Of a stretch of DNA of 64,000 nt, positions 48,167-59,790 are shown one piece after another (position 1 is the stretch's first letter; every line of letters starts with the position of its first letter). Where the stretch lies: assembly GCA_030390025.1 (NCBI GenBank), contig CM059431.1, positions 103,232,001 to 103,296,000 of the forward strand, in the 5' to 3' direction. Below the pieces are notes generated by a model, which saw nothing but the letters and a program-made list of their open reading frames with translations, did not search any database and was not told the origin of the DNA. The stretch is from Squalus acanthias. Its lineage: Eukaryota. A program made the position numbers and the translations under genes.

Positions 48167-48617
48167 AGAACGAAAGACTTGCATTTATATAGCACCTTTC
48201 ACAACCTCAGTTCCAAAGCCCTTTACAGCCAACGAGGTATTTTTGAAGTCTAGTCACGGTTGTAATATAGGAAACGCGACAGCCAATTTACTCACAGCAA
48301 GGTCCGGCAAACAGCAATGTGCTAATGACCAGATTATCTGTGTTTCTTCAGTGATGTTGGTTGAGGGATAAATATTGGTCAGGAGAACTCCCCTGCTCTT
48401 CTGCGAAATAGTGCCATAGGATCTTTTATATCCACCTGAGAGAGCAGACGGGGCCTCGGTTTAACGTCTCATCCGAAAGGCGGCCCCTCCGACAGTGCAG
48501 CGCTCCCTCAGCACTGCACTGGGAGTGTCAGCCTGGATTTTGTGCTCATGTCACTGGGGTGGGGCTGTGAACCCGCAACATTCTGACTGAGAGGCCAGAG
48601 GGCTGCCCACTGAGCCA
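48167..48617 (-). mobile_element. SacSINE1-like SINE
   Basis: Head, core and tail. Confidence 0.85.
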
Positions 48618-48939
48618 AAGTACAATCCGTAGCTCAGGGCAAGCCAGCGATGTGACCTGCAACCTTCTCAGCGTGACTGGCTCAGTTGCACTCACTGTTC
48701 TCGCTGCGCATTTCACATTTTTATATTTGACGTGGTTTCTCGCCACACTTCTGGTGAAGTAGCTTCAGCGGAGAGAGGGCAGCTCCGGGGAATTTCCTGG
48801 CAAAGTATTTATTAAAGATGTTGGCGGTGAAGTCGGACATGGGTGGGGTCAGTGTCAGCCGTGGCTCAGTTGGGTGCACTCTCTCCTGAGTCAGAAGGTT
48901 GTGGGTTCAAGTCTCAGTCTAGAGACTTCAAAAACATTT

Positions 48940-49670
48940 TTTTTTTATTTGTTCATTGGGATGTGGGCATCGCTGGCAAGGCCAGCATTTATTGCCCATC
49001 CCTAGTTGCCCCTTGAGAAGGTGGTGGTGAGCCGCCTTCTTGAACCGCTGCAGTCCGTGTGGTGAAGGTACTCCCACAATGCTGTTAGGGAGGGAGTTCC
49101 AAGATTTTGACGATGAAGGATCGGCGATATACTTCCAAGTCAGGATGGTGTGTGACTTGGAGGGGAACCTGGAGGTGGTGGTGTTCCCATGCGCCTGATG
49201 GCCTTGTCCTTCTAGGTGGTAGAGGTCGCGGGTTTGGGAGGTGCTGCTGAAGAAGCCTTGGCGAGTTGCTGCAGTGCATCTTGTAGATGGTACACACTGC
49301 AGCCACGGTACGCCGGTGGTGGAGGGAATGAATGTTTAAGGTGGTGGAGTTGGTGTCAATCAAACGGGCTGCTTTGTCCTGGATGGTGTCGAGCTTCTTG
49401 AATGTTGTTGGAGCACTCATCCAGGCAAGTGGAGAGTATTCCATCACACTCCTGACTTGTGCCTTGTAGATGGTGGAAAGGCTTTTGGGGAGTCAGGAGG
49501 TGAGACACTCGCCACAGAATACCCAGCCTCTGACCTGCTCTTGTTGCCACAGTATTTATGTGGCTGGTCCAGTTAAGTTTCTGGTCAATGGTGACTCCCA
49601 GGATGTTGATGGTGGGGGACTCGGCGATGGTAATGCCGTTGAATGTCAAGGGACGGTGGTTAGACGCTCG
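48940..49670 (-). mobile_element. CR1-group LINE (MEYSPLAW family)
   Basis: ILGVTIDQKLNWTSHI...MEYSPLAWMSA. Confidence 0.88.
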
Positions 49671-50626
49671 CTTGAGCACAAAGGTCTATCCTGTATCATC
49701 TGTCCATTTTCACCTGTGTTACACTTTTACAAATGGTAACAAATACACTGATCTGCCCAAGAACTAAGCCATTCCGTCAGATATTGAGTGCCTAAGTAAC
49801 CTGTAGCATGTATAACAATGAAAGTAAACTGCAGCATCTATGATGATATTAAAACACTTATCCAAATTGGATTTCTCCACTTTAGTTAATCTAATCATCG
49901 GTTGACTGACTCGGTCCTGAAGGAGATGTGATGCAGCGTTTAACCAGATCTACAGCAAGGAAATGGAGATAAAATCGTGAGTAACATTTAGACAAATGAG
50001 GACTCTAAATGTTAGGGAAACTAACTGTAAGCAAAAGATTACTGTCTGTCGAAATTAAATGCTGAATGCTATCTAGAAATTAGCTGTTTGTTGGGTGCCA
50101 TGGTAACCGGTAATATTTATGCTCAAAAGCAGCGTTCTGTGTCACTGTGAGCTGTGCAGTTTGTTCTTGCAATATACTTGAATGAGAAAAAATTCTAGAG
50201 ATCCCTGTAGGCCTCATTAATGATCTTCCAGACACTTAGGAGAAGCTGTGCTATAAACCTACACATTGCTTAATGTAGAAAAGCTACATTAGAGGTGAGT
50301 TGTAAGTAAAAAGAAATTACCCTGAACACTGGGAAATTCTTCAACTGACACACAACTATTCTTCAGCTTTTTCCCACAAAAATACATGTTCTGGAAGGAG
50401 TTATTTCTTACTGGTGTCGGAAGCAAGACAGGGAAAAATAAATGCCCACAATCTTTGCGCTTGTTAGTGAGAAATATACCGATAAGCAAAGGTAGGGGGT
50501 ATAGAGAAAGTCCTGAATTAGCACCTCGGGGACCATTTTAAATTCTTCACCACACTGTTGGGAGGTCCCATGTGGAACCATAGTTTTTCTTCAATTATTG
50601 CAATCGAGGCTGGGCACAAATGCGAT

Positions 50627-51010
50627 AAAAAAGAAAGACGTACATTTATACAGCCCGTCCCAGAGCGCTTTACAGCCAGTGAAGTATATAATCACTGCTG
50701 TAATGTAGGAAACGCGGCAGCCAATTCGCACGCAGCAAGCTCCCACAAACAGCAGAGTGATAATCTGTTTCCGTGATAAATATTGGCCAGGGCACCAGGG
50801 AGAAATCCCCAACTCGTCTTCGGAATAGCACCAGGGGATCTTTTGCATCCACCTGAGAGGGTAGACGGGGCCTCGGTTTAACGTCTCATACCGGGTAGGT
50901 GGCACCTCCGACAGTGCAGCGCTAGATTTCTGTGCTCACACTGGGACTTGGACCCATAGCCTTCTGACTCAGAGGCGAGAATGCTGCCCACTGAGCCACG
51001 GCTGACACTG
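50627..51010 (-). mobile_element. SacSINE1-like SINE with internal deletions
   Basis: Head, core and tail recognisable. Confidence 0.8.
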
Positions 51011-51734
51011 CGTGAAGGAATTGATCAAAAATATCTTAATGGCGCACACAGAGCAAATTGAACCCACAGCACAGGAATAAAAAGACTGACGAACAAAAAT
51101 ATATGTGCCTATTTTTAAAAAAAACCAAACTTTTAATGAACTACTTCTGACTATAATAAGAGCAAACACCGTAGGTGACAAGGTAGATTTTGTTTCTGAA
51201 TAATAGTTCAGACATAGAGGAGTAAATGAATTAAATCTAATTGTAACAAAGGACTGACAGGCAAAGTAATGAGGGATCAAAAAATTATTAAATTATCGGC
51301 CAAAACAAAGCATTGATTAAAGACACTGTTGTATCATAAAATATATGTAACTCAGTTTGGAAAATACATTCGCATACATTGCTGGTAGAGTTTGGCCATC
51401 CTATTTATTAACAGTTGTGTTGATTAATTATTACGTCAATTTGATTTATTATGACAAATAATTAATATGAAGGGAGCAGGGCAGAAGTGCTTGTTTTTTT
51501 TTTAGATCTTTTAAGCTCAGAAGAAAATGAAAAACGTTTTTACACAGTTTAAAAAAAGCTGTTATAATCCTTCAGCAGAGTTGCGTTCGAAGGGAGTGTT
51601 GGTCAGAGAATGGGCTAGAACCAGCCAAAGAAGTACTTTTTGAAGTGTAGTCACTGTTGTAATGTCGGAAACGCGGCAGCCAAATATGCTCACAGCAAGC
51701 TCCCACAACCAGCAATGTGATCATGACCAGATTA

Positions 51735-52460
51735 TGGCCTCCTGGAACTGGCAGCGTTTGCCATCATTTTGCCTTTGAAACCGATCGCACCTTCGGGATT
51801 TAGCGCATGCGCAGACTAATGCGAAAAATCCTGAAGTTGCGGTCAGTCATTCACTGCTCCGACCCTGGCTGCGCTGTGGACTCCCCGCCCCCTCCTTACA
51901 GCCGGCAATCAGTGAAATCAGGGAAATCTGTGAAACTGATAAACTTGGGCTTTTCCCCGGTAATACCGCTGTTAAATACCCCATTAAAAGTTAGACCCTT
52001 TGGATTAGGTGTAACTGGGGTTTTAACAGAGTATTGACTGCTAAACAAAGGTTATGGCCCCAAAAACTCATTTTAATCTTGTGGAGTGTCAAATTTGTCC
52101 ATTTTAATAAAAATTAAAAATTTTAAGAAACTTTTTTTTACATTTTTTTGAAAGTTTGTTCATCTTTGTTTCAGGTTTGCCTTTTCCCCGTGTGAGAGCC
52201 CCAATCTTTGTTTTGCTCTCGCTAACATTTAAAAAAAGTTAGAATCAAAGGAGTTTCCCCGCTTCTTTATTCGCTGTCTGTTAGAATTCTGCATTGTGAT
52301 TTGCTGCTTAGACAGTTTGTTGATGTCACAGCAGTTCGCGTTAGGGATTCCCCATTAACTTGCGTTGATTTCAATTACGCGTCGGGAAAGCCGAACTTCT
52401 CACCACAGGGAGATTGCGAGATCCTTGTGGGAAGCTTACTTTGGGGCCAGCGGCGAACAC
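51735..52460. mobile_element. PIF/Harbinger-like MITE, family A copy 2 (ends damaged)
   Basis: Colinear with 24077-25301. Confidence 0.78.
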
Positions 52461-52463
52461 CTT

Positions 52464-53298
52464 GGGCTGGATTTTCAATGACCCGTGGAGTCGGGTTTGG
52501 AGGTGGGTTGGGGGGGGGGTGGTTAAAGTTGCAGATTCGGGGGTCCCGACCCCATCCCGTCTCCAACCCGCCTCCATGCCAGTTTCTCTGGCGGCGGGTA
52601 CCCGACCTGTTCTGAGACCCGACTCCCTGAGGCGGGAAGGGATTAGTGACAGGTAGTTAACAGGCAGTTTTTTTGATAATCCCTATTTTAAAGGGTGAAA
52701 TGTGGGCTTCCCGACAGGTGGCAACCACGCCAAGTTATCGGGGCGGGCCATGGGTCTGCAGGGGTTGGAGGGGTCGATATGTCCGGTGGGCAGGTGAGTG
52801 ATGGGTGCATGTGTGCAGAGGTAAGTGTGTAAGGTAAGTGCAAAGTGTGGGAAAAAGTTTTACTTACCTTAACTTCCTCCTGCAGGTGTCAGCCCTTCAG
52901 TTCTCGGGAGTTAGAAATCTCACCGGCACAGAAAGCAGGAAAGCTGTGGTTCTGTCAAAACCTGCAGCCTTCTGTTTTCTGTGCTGGAATGATTTCTAAC
53001 TCAGCCTGAGAGGAAGGACTGAAGTTAGAAATCATATTGTGAGTGTTTGACAGCTTCACAGAGCTGTCAAACGCTGATATTTCATCTGTCAAAAGCTCTT
53101 GACAGATGAAATGTCAGTCTGTGACGTCACCTGTTGCCGGGTGGCCCTTAATTGGCCTGCTGAGCCCACTGGGCGGGCTCAACAAGGTCAATCAAGGGAA
53201 AATACAGTGGGTTGGCCACATCTCGATGGAGGCGGGTTCACAAGCCAGAATGTGTGATTCCCGACCCCAACCCGACCCCAGATTCAAAATCCAGGCCC
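52464..53298 (-). mobile_element. PIF/Harbinger-like MITE, family B copy 2
   Basis: Near-identical inverted copy of 12327-13170. TIR GGGCTGGATTTT. Flanks CTT/CTT. Confidence 0.88.
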
Positions 53299-53316
53299 CT
53301 TATGTTTTTTAGTGAT

Positions 53317-53879
53317 ACAATAGCAAAACACTGCGCATGCTGGAAATCTGAAATAACAACAGAAAATGCTGGAAACACTCGGCAGGCCAGGCAGCATCCG
53401 TGGAGAGAGAAACAGAGTTAACGTTTCAGGTCTGTGACCCTTCGTCAGAACTGGAAAAAGTTAGAGATGTAACAGGTTTTACGCAGGTGCAGAGGCAGGG
53501 AAAGTGGAGGAGGGGAGGAAGGAACAAAAGGGACGGTCTGTGATAGGGTGGAAGGCAGGAGTGGTTAAATGTTGCAAATGGGGATGGCAGAATCATCAAC
53601 AGCTGCCGCCTGAAAAAATAGGGGCAGAGGTTATAGTCTGAAATTGTTGTACTCGATGTTGAGTCCAGAAGGCTGTAATGTGCCTGAACGAAAGATGAGG
53701 TGCTCCTCCTCGAGCTTACGTTGAACTTCATTGGAACAGTGTAAGAGGCTGAGACAGAGAGGTCAGAGTGGGAGTGGAGCGGAGAGTTAAAGTGACAGGC
53801 GACCGGAAGCTCGGGGTCACTCTTACGGACTGAACGGAGGTGTTCCACAAAGCCGTCACCCAATCTGCGTTTGGTCTCC
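53317..53879 (-). mobile_element. Penelope-like element (family 2), GIY-YIG C-terminus and 3' terminus
   Basis: ETKRRLGDGFVEHLRSV...PVACHFNSPLHSHSDLSV. 14-bp TSD TGTTTTTTAGTGAT (53303-53316, 53880-53893). Confidence 0.9.
53416..53452 (-). ncRNA. Minimal type I hammerhead ribozyme (Penelope family 2), intact core
   Basis: AGTT-CTGACGA-AGGGTC ACA GACCT-GAAA-CGTT-AACT. Palindromic AACGTT in place of stem III. Confidence 0.82.
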
Positions 53880-54371
53880 TGTTTTTTAGTGATGTTGGTT
53901 GAGGGATAAATATTGAGCAGGGAGAACTCTCCAAATCTTATTTGAAATAGAGGCCATGGGATTTTTTATGTCCACCTGAGAGAGCAGACGGGGCCTCGGT
54001 TTAACATCTCATCCGAAAGACGGCACCTCCAACAGTGCAGCGTTCCCTCAGTACTGCACTGCGGGCGTCAGCCTGGGTTTTTGTGCTCAAGCATCATGGA
54101 GTGGGTACTTGAACCCATGACCTACTGACTCCAGAGGTGAGAGTGCTACCCACTGAGCCACAGCTGACACTCTAGGGAGAGCACTAGGAAGTAGGGAGGA
54201 TGATTTCAGGGTCCTTTAGGTTACACCTAACTTGGAAGTAACCAGAACAGTTTGAACTCGGTAAGGTGGAATTTCATGGCTAGCTGTTGCTAAGCCATGA
54301 TTTGTCATCACAGAAGCATACAGGCCAAGCCTTAGCTTTTTAAGGTGACAGTCAGCCTTTTACAACAAAAA

Positions 54372-55098
54372 TCAGAGGCTGGGTATTCTGCGGCGAGCAT
54401 CTCACCTCCTGACTCCCCAAAGCCTTTCCATCATCTACAAGGCACAAGTCAGGAGTGTGATGGAATACTCTCCACTTGCCTGGATGAGTGCAGCTCCAAC
54501 AACACTCAAGAAGCTCGACACCATCCAGGACAAAGCAGCCCGCTTGATTGGCACCCCATCTACCACCTTAAACATTCACTCCCTCCACCACTGGCGTACC
54601 GTGGCTGCAGTGTGTACCATCTACAAAATGCACTGCAAGAAGAAAGAAAGAAAGACTTGCATTTCTATAGTGCCTGTCACGATCACCAGTCATCCCAAAG
54701 CGCTTTACAGCCAATGAAGTACTTTTTTTGAAGTGTAGTCACTGTTGTAATGTAGGGTTTGCAGCAACTCGCCAAGGCTTCTTCGGCAGCACCTCCCAAA
54801 CCCGCGACCTCTACCATCTAGAAGGACAAGGGCAGCAGGCGCATGGGAACACCACCACCCCCAAGTTCCCCTCCAAGTCACACACCACTCTGACTTGGAA
54901 GTATATCGCCGATCCTTCATCGTCTCTGGGTCAAAATCCTGGAACTCCCTCCCTAACAGCACTGTGGGAGCACCTTCACCACACGGAGTGCAGTGGTTCA
55001 AGAAGGTGACTCAACACCACCTTCTCAAGGGCAACTAGGGATGGGCACTAAATGCTGGCCTTTGCGAGCGACGTCCACATCCCATGAATGAATAAATA
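54372..55098 (+). mobile_element. CR1-group LINE (MEYSPLAW family) with an inserted SINE tail (~54638-54759, minus)
   Basis: ORF 54457-54717. TGCA duplicated around the SINE piece. Confidence 0.85.
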
Positions 55099-55222
55099 AC
55101 AAAAACGTTTTTTTCCACCGGGAACAGGTCTGGCCAATATCAGCCACTCAGACTGGTTGGACGGTGGGACTGAAGGCCATTGGAAGCAATCAATCAGATG
55201 ATTCTTTTCCCCCCACTATTAG

Positions 55223-55285
55223 TTGTGCATGAACTTGAAGCAGAAATGTTTTCAGACGAGTTGATGGTCACTGAGAGTTGCAGTT
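55223..55285 (+). CDS. Candidate 63-nt internal coding exon (phase 1-1), xVHELEAEMFSDELMVTESCSx, gene unidentified
   Basis: Acceptor TTCTTTTCCCCCCACTATTAG, donor GTAAGT at 55286. Length divisible by 3. Only one frame is open. Unique sequence. Confidence 0.5.
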
Positions 55286-56039
55286 GTAAGTGTAATTGTT
55301 AAATGTTTGTCCCATGAAGTAGCTTTTAAAAAATGTTCATTTTTCTCAACTATCTGAAGCATGTACAACTGTTCTCTTATGTGAAGATTTTTTTTTTTCA
55401 AGTCTAGTTGCTGATGGTTTTTAAGATAAGGAGGCTGTTCCTGCTGTGAATACAACTCTCATTGTTGGCTGAAGGTACTTGCAGTCCTCACTGCAGTTGT
55501 AGAAGTGCTGGGATTTGTAAATAAAATAAGCAATGGGATTGGAGAAGCAATGAGGTTTACCCAATTGAAAAATGGCACTTAGAGTCCCATATTTAGGACT
55601 TTATTACAGTGCAACACTCTCGTGCGTGATGAGGTCCGCCGGCTTGTTTATGGCCGAGTTGTCACGCTGGTCATGTCCTGCAACTTGGAAAAGAGATTTT
55701 CAGTTTGTTTACACATTCATAGTGTGGAGGTCTCTTTGCTACTGTGCAGTAACCATCTGTATTAAAGCAGTCAACATTCACAGGAAAATGTGCGGAGTGA
55801 CATTCATAATCAATAAGGGCATAATAGCTTGCAAACCCCAGAATCGATGCACACTGTCAGATCCAGCTGAGAGCACAAAGTTCAACACTCCTTTCCATTC
55901 TTGCAAAGCATGTTTTTTTTGTGTATTTCAGTCTTTATGTGTGTGCAATGCTTCTTATTTCAGCTACAAGAGAATAAACTTGTTTTGATAGAGTCAAAAG
56001 AGGAACATAGGCCAGAAATAGCTCTGGGGTAACAGTCGA

Positions 56040-56435
56040 TTTGAGCACAAAAATCGAGCCTGACATTCCAGGACAGAACTGAGGGGGCGCTGCACTGTTG
56101 CAGGTGGCGTCTTTCAGCTGAGATGTTGAACCGAGGACCCGTCTGCTCTCTCAGGTGGACGTAAAAGATCCCACGGCACTATTTCGAAGAAGAGCAGGGG
56201 AATTCTTCCCGGTGTCCTGGGGCCAATATTTATCCCTCAACCAACATCACTAAAACAGATTATCTGGTCATTATCACATTGCTGTTTGTGGGAGGTTGCT
56301 GTGCGCAAATTGGCTGCTGCGTTTCCTAGATTGCAACAATGACTAAACTTCAAAAGAATTCATTGGCTGTGAAGCACTTTGGGATGTTCTGAGGTTGTGA
56401 GAGGTGCTATAGAAATGGAAGTCGTTCTTTCTTTC
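56040..56435 (+). mobile_element. SacSINE1-like SINE (head missing)
   Basis: Deu core and tail. Confidence 0.85.
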
Positions 56436-56460
56436 TGTAACGCATTCCAATAATTTTACT

Positions 56461-57527
56461 TTTTTTATTTGTTCCTGGGATGTGGGCGTCACTGGCAAGG
56501 CCAGCATTTATTGCCCATCCCTAATTGCCCCTTGAGAAGGTGGTGGTGAGTCGCCTTCTTGAACCGCTGCAGTCCGTGTGGTGAAGGTACTCCCACAGTG
56601 CTGTTAGGGAGGGAGTTTCAGGATTTTGACCCAGCGACGATGAAGGATCGGCCGATATATTTCCAAATCAGGATGGTGTGTGACTTGGAGGGGAACTTGG
56701 AGGTGGCGGTGTTCCCATGCGCCTGCTGCACTTGTCCTTCTAGGTGGAAGAGGTTGCGGGTTTGGGAGGTGCTGTCGAAGAAGCCTTGGCGAGTTGCTGC
56801 AGTGCATCTTGTAGATGGTGCACACTGCAGCCACGGTGCGCCGGTGGTGGAAGGAGTGAATGTTTATGGTGATGGATGGGGTGTCAATCAAGCGGACTGC
56901 TTTGTCCTGGATGGTGTTGAGCTTCTTGAGTGTTGTTGGAGCTGCACTCATCCAGGCAAGTGGAGAGTATTCCATCACACTCCTTACTTGTGCCTTGTAG
57001 ATGGTGCAAAGACTTTGTGGAGTAAGGAGGTGATACACTTGCTGCTGAATACACACCTGCTCTTGTTGTCACAGTATTTATGTGGCTGGTCCAGTTAGTT
57101 TCTGGTCAATGGTGACCCCCAGGATGTTGATGGTGGGGGATTCAGCGATGGTAATGCCATTGAATGTCAAAGGGCGGTGGTTAGACTCTCGCTTGTTGGA
57201 GATAGTCATTGCCTGGCACTTGTGTAGCGCAAATGTTACCAACACTTATCAGCCCAAGCCTGAATGTCATCCAGGTCTTGTGGACTGTTTCATTATCTGA
57301 GGAGTTGCGAATGGAACTGAACACTGTGCAATCATCAGCGAACATCCCCATTTCTGACCTTATGTTGGAGGGAAGGTCATTGATGAAGCAGCTGAAGATG
57401 GTTGGACCTAGGACACTGCCCTAAGGAACTCCTGCGGTGATGTCCTGGGGCTGAGATGATTGACCTCCAACAACCACAACCATCTTCCAGCCAGTGGAGA
57501 ATTTTCCTCCTGATTCCCATTGACTTC
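56461..57527 (-). mobile_element. CR1-group LINE (MEYSPLAW family), RT to 3' end
   Basis: Antisense VP*GSVLGPTIFSCFINDL...MFADD. ORF 56604-57056. Confidence 0.9.
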
Positions 57528-57774
57528 AATTGTCCACTATTTTAATGGAGGTCCTTAATCCGTTTATTTTAAATAGGTTAACCCCACTGGTAAAATAGTG
57601 GGCAGGGGAATATGATATGAGTGTGTTAAGCATTTGTCTGCTAATATCACTGACAGCAATTTCTCGTCTCATGTGCCAGAAAATGTTTGAAATGTACAAC
57701 AGATTGATCAGCATCTGAAAGAGGGAAAGGCAGGTTAACGTTTGGTTTGTGATCCTTCATCAGAACTCAGTTCT

Positions 57775-58200
57775 AGGGTTGTGGGTTCAAGCCTCACTCC
57801 AGGGACTTGAGCAAAACAATTCAGGCTGACGCTCCCAGTGCAGTGCTGAGGGAGCGCTGCACTGTTGAAGGTGCTGTCTTTCAGATGAGATGTTAAACAG
57901 AGGCCCCATCTGCCCTCTCAGGTGGATGTAAAAGATTCCATCGGCACTATTTTGTGGAATAGCAGAGGAGTTATCCCCGGTGTCCTGGGGCCAATATTTA
58001 TCCCTCAACTAACATCACTAAACCAGATTGTCTGGTCATTACCACATTGCTGTGTGTGGGAGCTTGCTGTGCACAAATTGGCCGCTGCGTTTCCTACATT
58101 ACAACAGTGACTACACTCCAAAAAGTACTTCATTGGCTGTAAAGCGCTTTGGGACGTCCTGAGGTCGTGAAAGGCGCTATATAAAATGCAAGTCTCTCTT
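57775..58200 (+). mobile_element. SacSINE1-like SINE
   Basis: Box B, core and tail. Confidence 0.85.
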
Positions 58201-58513
58201 TCTATCTATTGTTTCTGTGATACTGACTCAGCCTTATCCCTTCTGAAGCTACTTAAAAATAAAAGTTGTTTATTTTAAATAGTTAAATCTGTATACCCTG
58301 ATTCATGTAATGCTGAGCCTGTCTCTGGGCTGCAATGGTATCTGGCATAGGGATAATGTGATTGTGAGCACCAAGTCCCGTTCACCCATCACCCTGACCT
58401 ACATTGGCTCCCGGTCCGGCAACGCCTCGATTTAAAAACTTTGATTCTTGAGTTCATATCTCTCCATGGCCTTGCCTCTTCCAATCTCTGTAATCTCCTC
58501 CAGTCCTAGAATC

Positions 58514-59163
58514 ATGATGTGGAGATGCCGACGTTGGACTGGGGTGGACAAAAATGAGAAGTCGCACAACACCAGGTTATAGTCCAACAGATTTATTTAA
58601 TTTTACAAGCTTTTGGAGCTGTCGCTCCTTCCTCAGGTAAGTTAGCAGTGAGAGAATCTCCCAGAATTCACAATTTAAACACAGACAAAATCTATTCAAA
58701 TATTTCCCTACATCAAAGACACACTAAGAGCACAGCCAAGACAATGAGATGTGTCCCAGGGGGTCCAACGTGTCAAACCACCTGCTGGCTGCATATCCTG
58801 TCAATTTGTGTTGGTTCTTGTGTTAGTCTTTTTAAAAAAAAACACCTGGGAAGACCGGCCATGATGTCAAGTCACGTTCTGTATCGTGACATGAACCCGA
58901 TATCGCGATTGAGGCCATCCTCATGAGTGCGGAACTTGGCTATCAGTTTCTGCTCTATGATTTTGCGCTGTCGTGTATCCCGAAGGCCGCCTTGGAGAAC
59001 GCTTACCCTCAGATCCGAGGCTGAATGCCCCTGGCTGCTGAAGTGTTCCCCGACTGGGAGGGAACCCTCCTGCCTGGCGATTGTTGCGCGGTGTCCGTTC
59101 ATACGTTATCTCAGTGTCTGCATGGTCTCGCCGATGTACCATGCTCTGGAGCATGCTTTACTG
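58514..59163 (-). mobile_element. Penelope-like element (family 1), GIY-YIG endonuclease C-terminus and 3' terminus
   Basis: AWYIGETMQTLR*RMNGHR...PVGEHFSSQGH...EQKLIAKFRTHEDGLN. TSD CCTAGAATC (58505-58513, 59164-59172). Hammerhead remnant at 58603-58640. Confidence 0.92.
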
Positions 59164-59340
59164 CCTAGAATCTCCGAGATCTCTGCGCTCCTCCAATTCT
59201 GGTCTGTTGCGCGTCCCCGATTTTAGTCGCTCCACCATTGGTGGCCGTGCCTTCAGCTCCCTTGGCCCTAAGCTCTGGAATTCCCTCCCTAAACCTCTCC
59301 GGCTCTCCACCTCTCTCTCCTCCTTTGAGACGCTCCTTAA

Positions 59341-59790
59341 GTGTCAGTTGTGGCTCAGTTGGTAGCACACGTGCCTCTGAGTCGGAATGTCGTGGGTTCA
59401 CGTGCTCGCTCCTGGGACTTGAGCACATAAAGCTAGGCTGACGCTCCCAGTACAGTGCTGAGGGAGTGCTGCACTGTTAGAGGTGCCGACTTTCGGATGA
59501 GACATTAAACCGAGGCCCTGTCTGCTCTCTCAGGTGGACGTAAAAGAACCCATGGCACTATTTTGAAGATGAGTAGGGGAGTTCTCCCCGGTGTCCTGGG
59601 GCCAATATTTATCCCTCAACCAACATACCAAAAACAGATTATCTGGTCATTATCACATTGCTGTTTGTGGGAGCTTGCTGTGCGCAAATTGGCTGCCTCG
59701 TTTCCCACATTACAACAGCGACTCCACTTCAAAAAATACTTCATTGGCTGTAAAGCGCTTTGAGACGTCCGGTGGTCGTGAAAGGCGCTG
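59341..59790 (+). mobile_element. SacSINE1-like SINE nested in L2
   Basis: Full head, core and tail. Confidence 0.88.

Larger units (their letters stand above)
51630..54170 (-). mobile_element. SacSINE1-like SINE (51630-51734 and 53880-54170) hosting MITE A, MITE B and a Penelope element
   Basis: The SINE sequence GACCAGAT|...|TGTTTTTTAGTGATGTTGG rejoins once the inserts are removed. Confidence 0.8.

Noticed and set aside
50232..50294. Exon-like segment ending GAG|GTGAGT
   Set aside because: Weak acceptor and stops in all three frames.
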